From Octopus sinensis (Eukaryota), in NCBI RefSeq assembly GCF_006345805.1, contig NC_043003.1, positions 50,468,001 through 50,532,000 of the forward strand: a stretch of DNA of 64,000 nt, read 5' to 3'. Shown here piece by piece: positions 50,495-63,759 of this stretch. Position 1 is the stretch's first letter. Every line of letters begins with the position of its first letter. The notes beneath the pieces were generated by a model, which had not been told where the DNA came from, did no database searches, and saw nothing but the letters and a program-made list of their open reading frames with translations. The position numbers were made by a program, and so were the translations under genes.

Positions 50495-51772
50495 TTAATT
50501 TGTCTATACGATTTTATACTTGCGGTTACTAATATTGTTATTTGTTTTGAATAATAATGTTCTCTCTTATATATATATATGTGTGTGTGTGTGTGCCTGT
50601 GCACGAATGCATCAAAACCCATATACGATTGACAATGAAATATCAAGGAAAAATATTTAATGCGTGGAGATATTTAATATAATATCAATATTGGAATAAT
50701 TGTATTTTAACAGTTCACACACATACACATACCAACACATACGTCAGAAGTTAATCTTTTGAGATTATTATTATTATTGTTTTTTTTTATTTTGTTGTTA
50801 GGTTGCTGTTTGTTCAAACTGTTTCGAAAGAGAAACAACTTAACAATAACTAAGTAGAACTATTCTTAAAGCCCTGAATCTATGATTAGAAATCGAGATA
50901 TAAATGTTATCAAATAAATATTAGGAAATTCATCACACATCCCTCTATTCAGTTGACTAACACTGACCATATGGCATATTTATCTATTCTCATATTATAA
51001 TACATGATATTATCGGCATCATGTAAAAACGCATTAGAGAAATATCCATAGGTAACGTAATTTTCGTGTAGATGAGTAATGAAATTTGTCATTTGCTACA
51101 ATATATCCCAATATTCCAGTGGGGCAAATCCATAACATTAGCCACATAGAAATTACTGAGTAAATACAAATGGAAATGTGTGTGATTATACGCCAATTTC
51201 TATCTTTTGATCAAAATTGCAAAATTCTGAGACAGGATATTACAATTTTCTCAGAGGTAAAATTGCACCCTGAATAATATTAATGTAAGGACACGCAAGT
51301 TTTCTATTATAGACTAATCGTTTTTATATTTGTTGATATTATCCTTTATTGTCCAGTGTGCGATGTAGCTGAATGTATGTATACGTCTTTAGCGAAAAGT
51401 TTTATAAAGTAGTGGAATAAAAAGTAAAACAGACCTTTATTTCAACGCATCCTTTCTTCAATCGTTTGAATAATCGTCAGCGGAAATTCAAACACACTCT
51501 TTAAGACTCCTTAAGACGTTTTATATTTTGATATAATATAGATATTATATCTATATCAAGTACTTTTCCATTTATTTTTAAAATCCCCCTCTCATGAATG
51601 CACACATACATAGAGGTATATAGAAACACATATACACACAGGTATATAGAAATACACAAAAAACACACGAGGATACACACGCACACACACACACACGCAC
51701 ACAGATACGCACACACAGACACACACACAAATAAAAATATATACAAACATAAAACATACAGATATATTTATA

Positions 51773-51827
<55 letters not shown>

Positions 51828-51831
<4 letters not shown>

Positions 51832-52678
51832 TGCATGAATATTATATTGTTATGCATGCACGAGTAAAGATACATAGATGTTATATTTATATAGTGGTAT
51901 AAGTATATATGTATATATATATATATATATATATGTACAATATCTTCACAAGCATACATACACACGTCCTCATACATAGTATGTATGTATACACACATAG
52001 ATGCTCATATCTGTGTGTGTTGTGTACTGGAATTAATGAATCGTATACGAGACGACACGAATAAAATAATAGGCAGAGACTGAAATAAACATATGCTGTC
52101 AGTTTTCATACTTACTATACACCAATAAATATCTAGATACGAAGTTCTAGATATTAACATTTTTGTTCAAATTTTCATAATACATTTATCTTACCTCCGT
52201 CTGCCTCTTCCTTTTCATCTTCCACTCCAACGCCTATTGTAACACACACACACTCACACACACACACACATACGGACATACAAACACAAACACATGCACA
52301 CACACTCCTTCATACACGTATGAAATACACATATACATACACTAATGTAGTGATCAGCACAGGTCTTTAAATTAACAGCCGAAGTCCATGTTCACAGATG
52401 ATAACGCAATTCGCAGTTTATTGGTTGAGGTTCAATGAACAGACATCTTATTCTTTAGATTGTTACGTGCATATATGAATGTCTGTGTATATATATGTGT
52501 TTACTCACACACACACATGCACATATGTATATATATACATACATATACACACACACACACACACACACGCACATATATATATATATATATTATATATATA
52601 TAGATATATATATATATATATATGTTTGCATGAATATTATATTGTTATGCATGCACGAGCAAAGATACATAGATGTTA

Positions 52679-52732
<54 letters not shown>

Positions 52733-53315
52733 TGTACAATATCTTCACAAGCATACATACACACGTCCTCATACATAGTATGTATGTATACACACATAGA
52801 TGCTCATATCTGTGTGTGTTGTGTACTGGAATTAATGAATCGTATACGAGACGACACGAATAAAATAATAGGCAGAGACTGAAATAAACATATGCTGTCA
52901 GTTTTCATACTTACTATACACCAATAAATATCTAGATACGAAGTTCTAGATATTAACATTTTTGTTCAAATTTTCATATACATTTATCTTACCTCCGTCT
53001 GCCTCTTCCTTTTCATCTTCCACTCCAACGCCTATTGTAACACACACACACTCACACACACACACACATACGGACATACAAACACAAACACATGCACACA
53101 CACTCCTTCATACACGTATGAAATATACATATACATACACTAATGTAGTGATCAGCACAGGTCTTTAAATTAACAGCCGAAGTCCATGTTCACAGATGAT
53201 AACGCAATTCGCAGTTTATTGGTTGAGGTTCAATGAACAGACATCTTATTCTTTAGATTGTTACGTGCATATATGAATGTCTGTGTATATATATGTGTTT
53301 ACTCACACACACACA
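51828..53315 (+). repeat. Tandem duplication, ~690-bp unit, period ~795 bp
   Basis: tgtttgcatgaatattat...gtgtttactcacacac at 51828-52517 and 52623-53315; a few substitutions and indels; (TA)n at the junctions. Confidence 0.93.
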
Positions 53316-53517
53316 TATGTATGTATATACATACATATACACACACACACATACACACACATATATATATATAGAGAGAGAGAGAGGAGAGAGAGAGAGA
53401 GATAGATAGATAGATATAGATAGATGGATGTGTGTGAGTGTGTGATAGTAGTTTTGTATGCATGTCTGTGTGCGTGTATGCGTGTGCGTCTTGGTGTACA
53501 AATACATATTTACACAC

Positions 53518-53557
<40 letters not shown>

Positions 53558-53560
<3 letters not shown>

Positions 53561-54349
53561 TGGTTGCCTACTCCTTATTCAGAGTTTGACCACCTCCTGT
53601 ACCTCCACATTAGAACCATCATAGCGTCTGTTGTGGATTTTGAAACCAGACAATGTTCTGAAAAGACACCCACATAGATTGCCCATCCAATTTGGACCAC
53701 CAAGAGCTACAGATAAGTTCTGATCTTTGTGGATCTTAAAATGTCTTTTGAAGTCTCCGTTAGATTTGCAAACCTGGCATACATTGCATTCAAAGGTGTG
53801 CACATACATATAGGCAGAATTGTTGGTGGAGGTTCGTTTTTCCATGGGTTCGCAAATGAGATTTGAGCTCAGCAAAAGAAAGGTACGATCTGTCACAAAC
53901 TGTGCACAGAAAAGGTCATTGTCACTCACCTTCTCAATCGACATTCTTTAGATCTCTTTTGAGTCTTACATGCGTTTTTCTGGTCTCTTCAAACGCTTTC
54001 ACTCCACACCACACTTTTCTTCGCCATCCATTTCGATCCGAAGCAAGAGTTTCTACGTCTTCTGGATCCATTCCAAATGACTTCCTCGTAGACCTTAAGC
54101 CGTCCTTAAACTTTTTTTAAGGTTTACGCCGATAGCGTTTAGCCTCTGGGAGCTCATCGCAAGACAGCTGTTTCGGCATGCGTTCATCCGCCATTCAAAC
54201 AATATGGCCACAACATCTCATTTGTTTCCTCAAAATCATAGCTATGATTGAGGTGATGCCTGCAGATGCAAGGACATCTGTGTTTGGAGTAAAAGAACTC
54301 CATTTAATGTTTAAAATGAGATGAAGGCATTTTTGGTGGATTTGTTCTA
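53558..54349 (-). mobile_element. RTE-clade LINE 3' fragment (RT C-terminus plus two C2H2-like fingers)
   Basis: IHQKCLHLILNIKWSSFTPNTDVLASAGITSIIAMILRKQMRCCGHIV*MADERMPKQL...DRNGWRRKV, then FECNVCQVCKSNGDFKRHFKIH and NLCGCLFRTLSGFKIHNR; ends at (TA)n. Confidence 0.85.
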
Positions 54350-54351
54350 AT

Positions 54352-54447
54352 AGTGGCTGTGTGGTAAGTAGCTTGCTTACCAACCACATGGTTCCGGGTT
54401 CATTCCCAATGCATTGCATCTTGGGCAAGTGTCTTCTACTATAGCCT
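54352..54447 (+). mobile_element. SINE family A head, truncated
   Basis: agtggctgtgtggtaagtagcttgc...gggttcattccc...ttgggcaagtgtcttctactatagcct. Confidence 0.88.
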
Positions 54448-54677
54448 GTCGGGAAGAGAGTGTAATTCGGCAGGAGGACTTAAACGACATGCAAAGGTAC
54501 ATGAAGCCCAGTTACAACTACAGCCGGCTATTACCGGTAGAGGTTTTAGTTGCCAATTCTGTACAAGGCATTGTAGATCTTTAGCTGGGCTAAAAAGTCA
54601 CATTCGATCACAGCGCCAATAAAAGTTAAGCTTCGTGCAATGGCCATACTCGAGAACGAGAGGGCAGCCATAATAAT
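54448..54677 (+). mobile_element. RTE-clade LINE extreme 3' end
   Basis: Open frame GRECNSAGGLKRHAKVH...FSCQFCTRHCRSLAGLKSHIRSQRQ* (stop 54620-54622), then short 3' UTR ...ggccatactcgagaacgagagggcagcc(ata)n. Confidence 0.75.
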
Positions 54678-54701
54678 ATATATATACATACGCACACACA
54701 C

Positions 54702-54740
<39 letters not shown>

Positions 54741-55264
54741 ACAGTGACAGAGAGAGAGAGAGAGGTAGAGTGAGAGAGACAGACAGGGATAGAGAATGTG
54801 TGTGAGTTGGTGTGTGTGTAAGAAAGAGAGAGTGTGTGTGTGAGAGAGAGAAAGAAAGAAAGAAAGAAAAAATAAGTACAAATACTTAAAGAAGCGCACA
54901 TACGCAATCACAAATACACGAACTTTGTTATATGCGTAAACACACGAAATCACTCTCATAACTGTATATACACACTTAGCATATATAATATATGCATGCA
55001 TGTACAGACATAAACATGAAACTCGCATACATACATACGCATGTATATGTCTGTATATACAAATATATACAGATATATTTACATGCACGCACAAATGCAT
55101 CATATGCGCCAGGGTAATTGGCTATGATGGGAATCATCTGTCACTCCACGTAGTGCTTACGTTGACACGTGCAACGTGTGCATATCACATATTGCACATA
55201 TCATGCATATACGCGTGTATGTAGTTTAATCTCTACGCTACTCTGTGAATACCTCATTGTCCTC

Positions 55265-55336
<72 letters not shown>

Positions 55337-55512
55337 GCGTGAATGTGCTTCGAGAATGCTTCCTGTAAATATGGTATTCGTGTGTGGTGACATTCATTCT
55401 ATATGCCTATGCAGTTGCATATGCGTGCATCCACACAAGTGTGTATGTTTGTATATATATGTGTATACATACATAAGGACACCCACACTCACACAGTCAA
55501 ACCCACACGCAC

Positions 55513-55552
<40 letters not shown>

Positions 55553-56075
55553 CAGTGACAGAGAGAGAGAGAGAGGTAGAGTGAGAGAGACAGACAGGGA
55601 TAGAGAATGTGTGTGAGTTGGTGTGTGTGTAAGAAAGAGAGAGTGTGTGTGTGAGAGAGAGAAAGAAAGAAAGAAAGAAAAAATAAGTACAAATACTTAA
55701 AGAAGCGCACATACGCAATCACAAATACACGAACTTTGTTATATGCGTAAACACACGAAATCACTCTCATAACTGTATATACACACTTAGCATATATAAA
55801 TATATGCATGCATGTACAGACATAAACATGAAACTCGCATACATACATACGCATGTATATGTCTGTATATACAATATATACAGATATATTTACATGCACG
55901 CACAAATGCATCATATGCGCCAGGGTAATTGGCTATGATGGGAATCATCTGTCACTCCACGTAGTGCTTACGTTGACACGTGCAACGTGTGCATATCACA
56001 TATTGCACATATCATGCATATACGCGTGTATGTAGTTTAATCTCTACGCTACTCTGTGAATACCTCATTGTCCTC

Positions 56076-56129
<54 letters not shown>

Positions 56130-56322
56130 TGTGTGTGTGTTTGCGCGTGAATGTGCTTCGAGAATGCTTCCTGTAAATTATGGTATTCGTGTGTGGTGAC
56201 ATTCATTCTATATGCCTATGCAGTTGCATATGCGTGCATCCACACAAGTGTGTATGTTTGTATATATATGTGTATACATACATAAGGACACCCACACTCA
56301 CACAGTCAAACCCACACGCACG
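54741..56322 (+). repeat. Tandem duplication, ~770-bp unit, period 811 bp
   Basis: acagtgacagagag...cccacacgcacg at 54741-55512 and 55552-56322; differences are mostly single-base indels and microsatellite lengths; (TA)n at the junctions. Confidence 0.93.
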
Positions 56323-56367
56323 TATATATATATATATATACTCACGAAAATACATATATAGAAACGT

Positions 56368-56560
56368 AGGCGTTGGAGTGGCTGTGTGGTAAGTAGCTTG
56401 CTTACCAACCACATGGTTCCGGGTTCAGTTTCACTGCGTGACACTTTGGGCAAATGTTTTCTACTATAGCCTCGGAACAACCAAAGCCTTGTGAATGGAT
56501 TTGGTAGACGGAAACTGAAAGAAGCCCGTCGTATATATGTACATATATATATATATGTGT

Positions 56561-56592
<32 letters not shown>

Positions 56593-56850
56593 TTAGCCCC
56601 TCGTGGGCAATAAAGAAATATATATATATGTGTGTGCGTGTGTATGTTTGTGTTTGCACCCCCCAACTTTGCTTGACAACCGATGCTGGTGTGTTTACGT
56701 CCCCGTAACTTAGCGGTTCGGCAAAAGAGACCGATAGAATAAGTACTAGGCTTGCAAAGAATAAGTCCTGGGGTCGATTTGTTCGACTAAAGCCGATGCT
56801 CCAGCATGGCCACATTCAAATGACTGAAACAAGTAAAAGAGTAAAAGAGT
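56368..56850 (+). mobile_element. tRNA-derived SINE family A, full length
   Basis: A/B-box-like head (tggtaagtagc; gggttcagtttc), core ttgggcaa...ggatttggtagacggaaactgaaagaagcccgtcg, internal TA/TG array, 3' module ending in (gtaaaaga)n. Confidence 0.92.
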
Positions 56851-57140
56851 ATATGTATGTAAATGTGTGTGTGTTTGTGCGCGTGCGTGTGAATGTGCAA
56901 GTAATGGTATACTTTTCTACATACTCACACACATACACACACGCGCGCATGCATGAATGATATCGTATGTGGACGTATGTGCGTTATCACACATGTGTAC
57001 AACAGTGTGTAATTCTTTTGTTTTAAACCTCTAACGTACGCATTTATGTACGCGTATATACATAATGTGTATGTGAGTATCTATGTAAATGTACGTATCT
57101 ATGTATGCATATACTCATCCATGCACACACACACATGCAT

Positions 57141-57184
<44 letters not shown>

Positions 57185-57859
57185 ATATGTGTGCTGTACG
57201 TATTGATTCCTTCTTTCCATTATTGTTTCACATATAAGGAGTACTTTTTTTTTTGTAATAGATTTACCCTTATTTTTAGTTTTTATTATTTACTATATCA
57301 ATCACCGATAATCTATGCAGAAATCAGTTTTTATGTCTTTTATTTTTTCTACACCCGTTCTATTTAGGTCGTTTCTGTTATACTGAAAGGGTTGATAATA
57401 GTTTTAAAATTAACAAAGAGAGAAAGCATTGTATAGATTCATTATATTTCTTATCTTCGTTTACATGAATCTGAATTTTTATATAATTAATAAGTTTGTT
57501 TTAGAGTTTTAGAATTACTTTTTTCCTTTACGAGGAGAATGTTTAATATGATCACATAATGCTGGCTTATGCCTGAGTATAAACAGATATTTTTCATTTG
57601 TCATTATAACTCATGCATTTTATTATTTGTTTATTTTCTTTAGAGGTTTCCTTGAATTAACAGCGATGAGTTTAGTAATTAATATTTCGCTATCGTATTT
57701 TGTATTTTGTTGAGCTGTAATATGTTACGGGATCGCTGTTAATATTTGATCATTGTATTAATTAGATTTTATAAGTTTGAACATTTTTATGTTTACTATC
57801 AAATTAGACTTTTTTTCCCTCCTCACAGATAACAGGAGGGGGAAAGTGTGATGTAATGT

Positions 57860-58160
57860 AGGGCAAGGTGATAAATTGGCTGAGTCGTGTTGGTTTAAAT
57901 GCCGTACAATATTTGTTCCGATTCTCTGTGCTCTGAGATCAAATCACGTTGAAGTCAACTTTTCTTTTCACCCTTTTGGGGTCGATAAAAAGGCAAAATA
58001 CTTAGCAGCATTTCCCATCTTTATTTTAAAACGCTGCCAAAGCTGACATTGTCCTTTATCTTTCCGAGATCAATAAAATAAGTATGAGTTGAGCACTATG
58101 TCCGATGTAATCGAAGTACCTCCTTCTTCGAAACTGATGGCTTTGAGCCAAAATTTGAAA
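57860..58160 (+). mobile_element. Old SINE family B fragments
   Basis: gaagtcaacttttcttttcacccttttggggtcgataaaa, plus a second body segment ending ccaaaatttgaaacca. Confidence 0.55.
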
Positions 58161-58702
58161 CCAGTTTTACACTTCAAGGAAAGTTAAGAATTGACCAAAG
58201 GATTGATCCAAAGGATTCATTGTTAAAATATTTTTTCTCGCAACCCTGAAAAGCACACGCTAAACAAAACTTCACCTGTCAATTCTTTGATCTGCTAATT
58301 GTTAAATTTTTATTGCTCAGTCACATTATTCATTCTACGCATGTCGTGAGAAATCAACCTGAGTTGAAGCAAAACAAATGAGCAATTAATCAAAGACCTG
58401 AGGCTTATATAAATTCTTTCATACTAAACCAAAAACCAGTATTTCACCTGAAAGCTCTTATCTAAAATGCTTCTACAATCAAAACATCCAATATATATTT
58501 ATTTTCATTTCATTTTTGTTGTATCTCGGGAGGGTAATTATACTAATAATATGCACACAAGTTCAATTTCACTTCTTTTATCATTATTATTATTTGTCGG
58601 TTAGCAATTAAATTAACCAATCGATTATTTTTTATTCCTTTATCTAAAATAAATAGTGTCACTTTTCGGAGCTACACTTTACATTCACAATTCTGGCACA
58701 CT

Positions 58703-58949
58703 ACGCTACTTACAACGATTAGTTTTACAGCCACCATGGTCTACATTTTGAGCACCAGGTGGAGACCGACCGACAAGGGTTAAGTGTTTCGAGAAAGAAT
58801 TTACATACACAGACGCTCTCGCGGAACCAGCAACAAGATACGAACCATTGCAGAGTTGCAACTCTGTAATTACTACAGATATATGTACTTAACCACAATC
58901 ATTTGAAGAAAAAAAGACAGACAGTAAGTAAAATAAAAACGACTCAAAA
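58703..58949 (+). repeat. Dispersed direct repeat, copy 1 (copy 2 at 60545-60832)
   Basis: acgctacttacaacgattag...cgactcaaaa occurs twice, ~1.84 kb apart, at high but imperfect identity. Confidence 0.9.
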
Positions 58950-60544
58950 GTGTAACGGCTGACATTTTCCGTGATGTAACTGGAATTGTGTAATAGTAGC
59001 ACAGTCGGTCTGATATATGTAATACTTCCAAGACAAACCTGATATCTTTCCACTACCCTCGCGAGATGAACGGATTCCCAATTTCGAGCGATAGAATTAT
59101 TTTGAAAGCTTGTGCTTGTCGAGGCAAATTCTATGGTTTTAAATTTACACCTGGTTTTAGATTAGACTCCTATATTTCGTCAGTTGCCGGAGTAGCCGGT
59201 AGAATAATAACAAGTTTTTACCATTCTCAAAAATTATCAAGCAATTAAAGATGCACTGTATTTCTGCGGGACCTAAAAATCCATCTACTGCTCACTTGGG
59301 TGTTTTCCTTCAAATATGTACCATCCACTCTTGAAGTAGGGCAGAGTAGAAGTGTGTAAACTAAATAGCATTGAGCTCTTTCGTTACTGAAACCATTATC
59401 CTTGACGGAATGCTGCAAGTCCTTCCATGTAAAATATTGCGACAAGCTTTATTCTATGATTCTAATAGTCTGAGAAATTCCCGTTAGAACTCGATTTACC
59501 TAAATTTAATAAATTGCATCTGCGCTTCCTGTCAAAATATCTCTCAAGCACGCTGTAATTTCCATACAGAAAGCCTTATTCTCTAGACAGCTGAATTTCA
59601 AGAGAACTATAGCTCCATTATTTTCATACAGAATAGGATCTAAATCTCTTTAAATTAAGGGCTCACAAATACCGGGTATAAAGATTGCATTTTCTTCTCT
59701 GTTTAGAATACCCTTTTTTTCTAATCTCCTTCCATTTTATTTGCTCTTTTATTGACGTCTTTACCGCATTTTTTACTCTCATTAACATGTATGTATGAAG
59801 TTTTTTATTGTATTAATACCATTTGTTTCTCCTAACGCTGTTAGGGCTGAATTTGAGTAGAGAAAAAGTTTTCTGCAACGTAGGATAGAATTTAATCCTG
59901 TTTTAAATATAAATTGAAAAGTTTCTTAATCCTCGGATTACTTGTACGGATCAGTACACAATTCTAATTTTATTATCATTAAGTGAATATTCTCACCTGG
60001 TTAGGGCACCAGTATATGTAGGTGTGTGTATGTGAATGTGTGTGTGTGCGCGCGCATGCGTTTGCCTTGATTTCGTCTTTTACATTCATATGTTATATAG
60101 TATTTATTTGATGAATCTGTGAGTGAGCTCCTAAATGGTCACAGCTGTAGGTAAACTGAAGCAGTTTAATAACATCTTCCCAAATACAAACTGTAATATC
60201 TGCCGCGTGTGTGAAATCGTGACACATGAGCTAGTTATCGGCCATTTTGTTTGTACGTTATCCTTATTTGTTGTATATTTCAGAAAAAAGTGGAAATCCT
60301 CGTTCTGATATTTAGGCCTTTCTTGAGATTGTTCTTGACTTACATCAAATTAACTATCACCAAATAGGAACATACGTCCCATACAACAGTTCTTGCCTGA
60401 TTGTTCATAATGTATGTTCATAATGCACATGTGTGTCTCAAAGTACACACTGCGGTAAGACACAACTGAATGCTTTTCTTCAATGCAACATGTTTACTCC
60501 GATAGTCATCTCTGTTCAAGTCATAATCATTTCATATCATCAGA

Positions 60545-60832
60545 ACGCTACTTACAACGATTAGTTTTACAGCCGCCACGGTCTACATTTTGAGCACTAG
60601 GTGGAGACCGACCGACAAGGGTTAATTGTTTCGAGAAAGAATTTACATGCACAGACGCTCTCACAGAACCAGCAACAAGATACGAACCATTTACTATTCA
60701 AAGCGAGAGCAGAACATTCAACCCACTCGTTTAGTTGCAACTCTGTAATTACTACAGATATATGCACTTAACCACAATCATTTGAAAAAAAAAAAATGAC
60801 AGACAGTAAGTAAAAGAAAACACGACTCAAAA
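60545..60832 (+). repeat. Dispersed direct repeat, copy 2
   Basis: As copy 1, with ~41 nt in place of gcag after gaaccatt. Confidence 0.9.
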
Positions 60833-61299
60833 CTTACATATGTTACAGATAGCTATATTCTTACAAACGAAGCTCATACGTGCACGCTTACATACGTTCA
60901 CAGACGCCATCACTACTGCCACTACTTCCCACACACAGAAGCAAATGGAAAATATGCATGAAGAAGAAACGCATATTATAATGTGGAAAAGATACGTGAA
61001 TTTGCCTCACTTTCGTAGATGTAATTGTGATAACGATAGTGCTTCGCCTGTTTTCATGTAGTTTTCTCTGTCTGGCAAGCAGAAGAACATCTGCAGTCAT
61101 TACTTAGATGAGATGATGCGATTTTAGCTGCTGAGAAGCTTCTGGAAGTTGATAAGCAGTGACATCTAGTGTCATATGAATAAATCAAAAACAAAGCAAC
61201 ATGAACATTGACTAACACACTCGTACCCACACATATACACTCATATATGCATATATGAACACAAATATATATCTATACACACACACACATACATAAATA

Positions 61300-61355
61300 T
61301 AGAAATGCATATACACACATGCGTACACATATATGTAAACGTATATATGTGCGTG

Positions 61356-61426
<71 letters not shown>

Positions 61427-61468
61427 ATGTATGTATATATATATGTATATATATATACGTATATATAT

Positions 61469-61500
<32 letters not shown>

Positions 61501-61532
61501 TGTATATATATGTATATATATATACGTATATA

Positions 61533-61571
<39 letters not shown>

Positions 61572-61670
61572 ATGTATACGTATATGTATATGTATGTGTG
61601 TGTATATATATATATGTACGTATGCACGTATGTATGCATGAATGCATGCATGCATGTATATATTTGTGTT
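61300..61670. repeat. (TA)/(TG) compound microsatellite
   Basis: Visible. Confidence 0.95.
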
Positions 61671-62235
61671 CGTATGTATTAGATTATTAGATTAAGACAG
61701 CACCAGCAATATGGTTTTACGAAATTTCATAATGAGAGTCTCTTGGAAACATGAGCAGCCACATATGCAAATATTTTTTTATATTCATTCCCATGCATTC
61801 ACACGAATGCATACTGATGAGATTTTGAGATAGAAGAAGAATGAAATAAAATGCAGAAGCGGACGCTTCATTAGATGGGGTCGGGGAAGGTTTCATTATA
61901 AAAAAAAAGGCGAGGAAGTAGTAAGTAACGAAATTTTGGCATCTATTAACGATTTTTTTAAAAACATAATTATATATGATGTCTGAAGCTTTTAAGAGAT
62001 ATTGTTCTTGTTTTTCCTGTCGTTATTTAGCTCTCAGGTGAGTTTTGGATAAGTAGATTTATGATCAAAAGCATTCTCGACGTGAAAGTCTCATCACATA
62101 CTGAAACAATGCCTATCAAATATAGCTCTGTACCGTCTTTAAGATTAAAGCGTGTAATTCGAAGTTTGGTTGATGTTTCTCGTCAGGTCGAGCAGTCATA
62201 TGCACTCTTCCTCGAGGGTTCTTAAACGAGATGTT

Positions 62236-62385
62236 AATTATGTCAGTCATTCCACCGAGGTGGAATTTGCCTTTCATCTTTTTGGGGTCGTTAAAATATG
62301 TGCCACTTGAGCAGTGGGGCCGATGTGAGCGACTAGTTTCCTTCCTCAAAACTTCAAACCTTTTGCCTATTGTAGAAAGGATTAT
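62236..62385 (+). mobile_element. SINE family B (decayed)
   Basis: attccaccgaggtggaatttgcctttcatctttttggggtcgttaaaat...ggggccgatgt. Confidence 0.72.
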
Positions 62386-63759
62386 GGCAGTTGTATGTTA
62401 CTGGTGATTACTGATCATAATTATGAACAATACACAGAAATTTCAAATGGGGATTATATCGAATATTGTTATATTTCGGGACGGTCAATTTTGTTTTTGC
62501 CAAATAAACACACACACACACACACACACTATATTCCTTCTTCACTTCATTTTTATTATTGTTCTTATTTTAGTGTCCTAAATCTTTCATCACACACCCT
62601 GTGACCTCATCAGCGACTCTCCATCCCATGTGTTTCCTGTTTTGTTGAGTTCGAAAACAAGCAAAGAAAAATACAAGAACGATTATATCGAAGCTTTGCT
62701 AAAATCTTTCCTCATTAACCTTTCACTTCTAGTACAATAACGGTGCTTACAATAAATTTGATATCTAAAATATTTTCACTTATATAATATAATTTTCGTC
62801 TGGCAAAGTTATGAATGCCTCACTGTCATCAACATCGTTGCTGTTGTTGCTTAGACCGAGGTCAAATCTAGTTGACCCCATCCAGTTTTGCTTTTTAAAG
62901 ACAAATTGTAAGATTTCTTACATGGTTCTGATGTTTCCTTCTTTTCTTAAGAGGGTCATCTTAAGCAGTGTGTCTGAGACGTATAGGTCATAGCAATCTG
63001 AGGTGAGACATTCACAGATTTTCAAACTAAAATAGTTACATAACTGAAGCAAAACGTCAAACAGCTAAGAATCGATATCTGTCGCAGACTAAACTGAACA
63101 CTCTATTTCTTTCTCTTCCTTTCTCTCCCTCTCTCTTTATCCCTCTCTCTCTCTGTCTCTGCCTCTCTCAATCTCTATCTGTCTGTCTCTCCCTCTCTCT
63201 CTGACACACATCTATTAATATTTGATAACTTACAAAGAAACACGAATATAGAAGTTTAGAAGGGAATGGCGTTGGATGCAGTTCATAGATATCTGAAGGT
63301 TATTAGCTTCACACTTATGCTAAATAGCTAAAACTTTACCAAAAGCCAGACTTGTTCTCAGGCTTTGCCAAGAAAAGATTCCTCTCTGTGATTTTCTTTG
63401 CTTCATGAAGATACGTTCGATTAGAATAGTCTGAATAGATCCTATCATATTCCTGATACCAGGGAACACTTTAACAGTCACTTGATTTGCTGGAAATAGC
63501 AGCTAGATCTTCCCCAGGTTATATTTCACCGTCTTAAAAAAATGAACACGTTAGATGCTATAATTCAAGAGACACTACATTTGAGAGAGAAAAAGAGGTT
63601 CGAGATGAGCGAGGATTAAACAGTGACCAGAAACCAGTCGGGTTTCAATTTAGAGTAAACATACAAAGTATGACTACTGTTAGGTACATAATCCACCACT
63701 TCATCAGTTCTGCCAATCCAGAGTCTGCTAATGCTAATATCCGTTTTGCTATAGGCCCA

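Noticed and set aside
53579-53944. Stand-alone C2H2 zinc-finger gene
   Set aside because: It is contiguous with RTE RT C-terminal sequence and ends in a LINE-type 3' end at (TA)n, so it was treated as part of the retrotransposon.
63538-63759. Stop-free stretches on both strands just before the last SINE
   Set aside because: No convincing splice sites or recognisable domain, and the length is within chance expectation.
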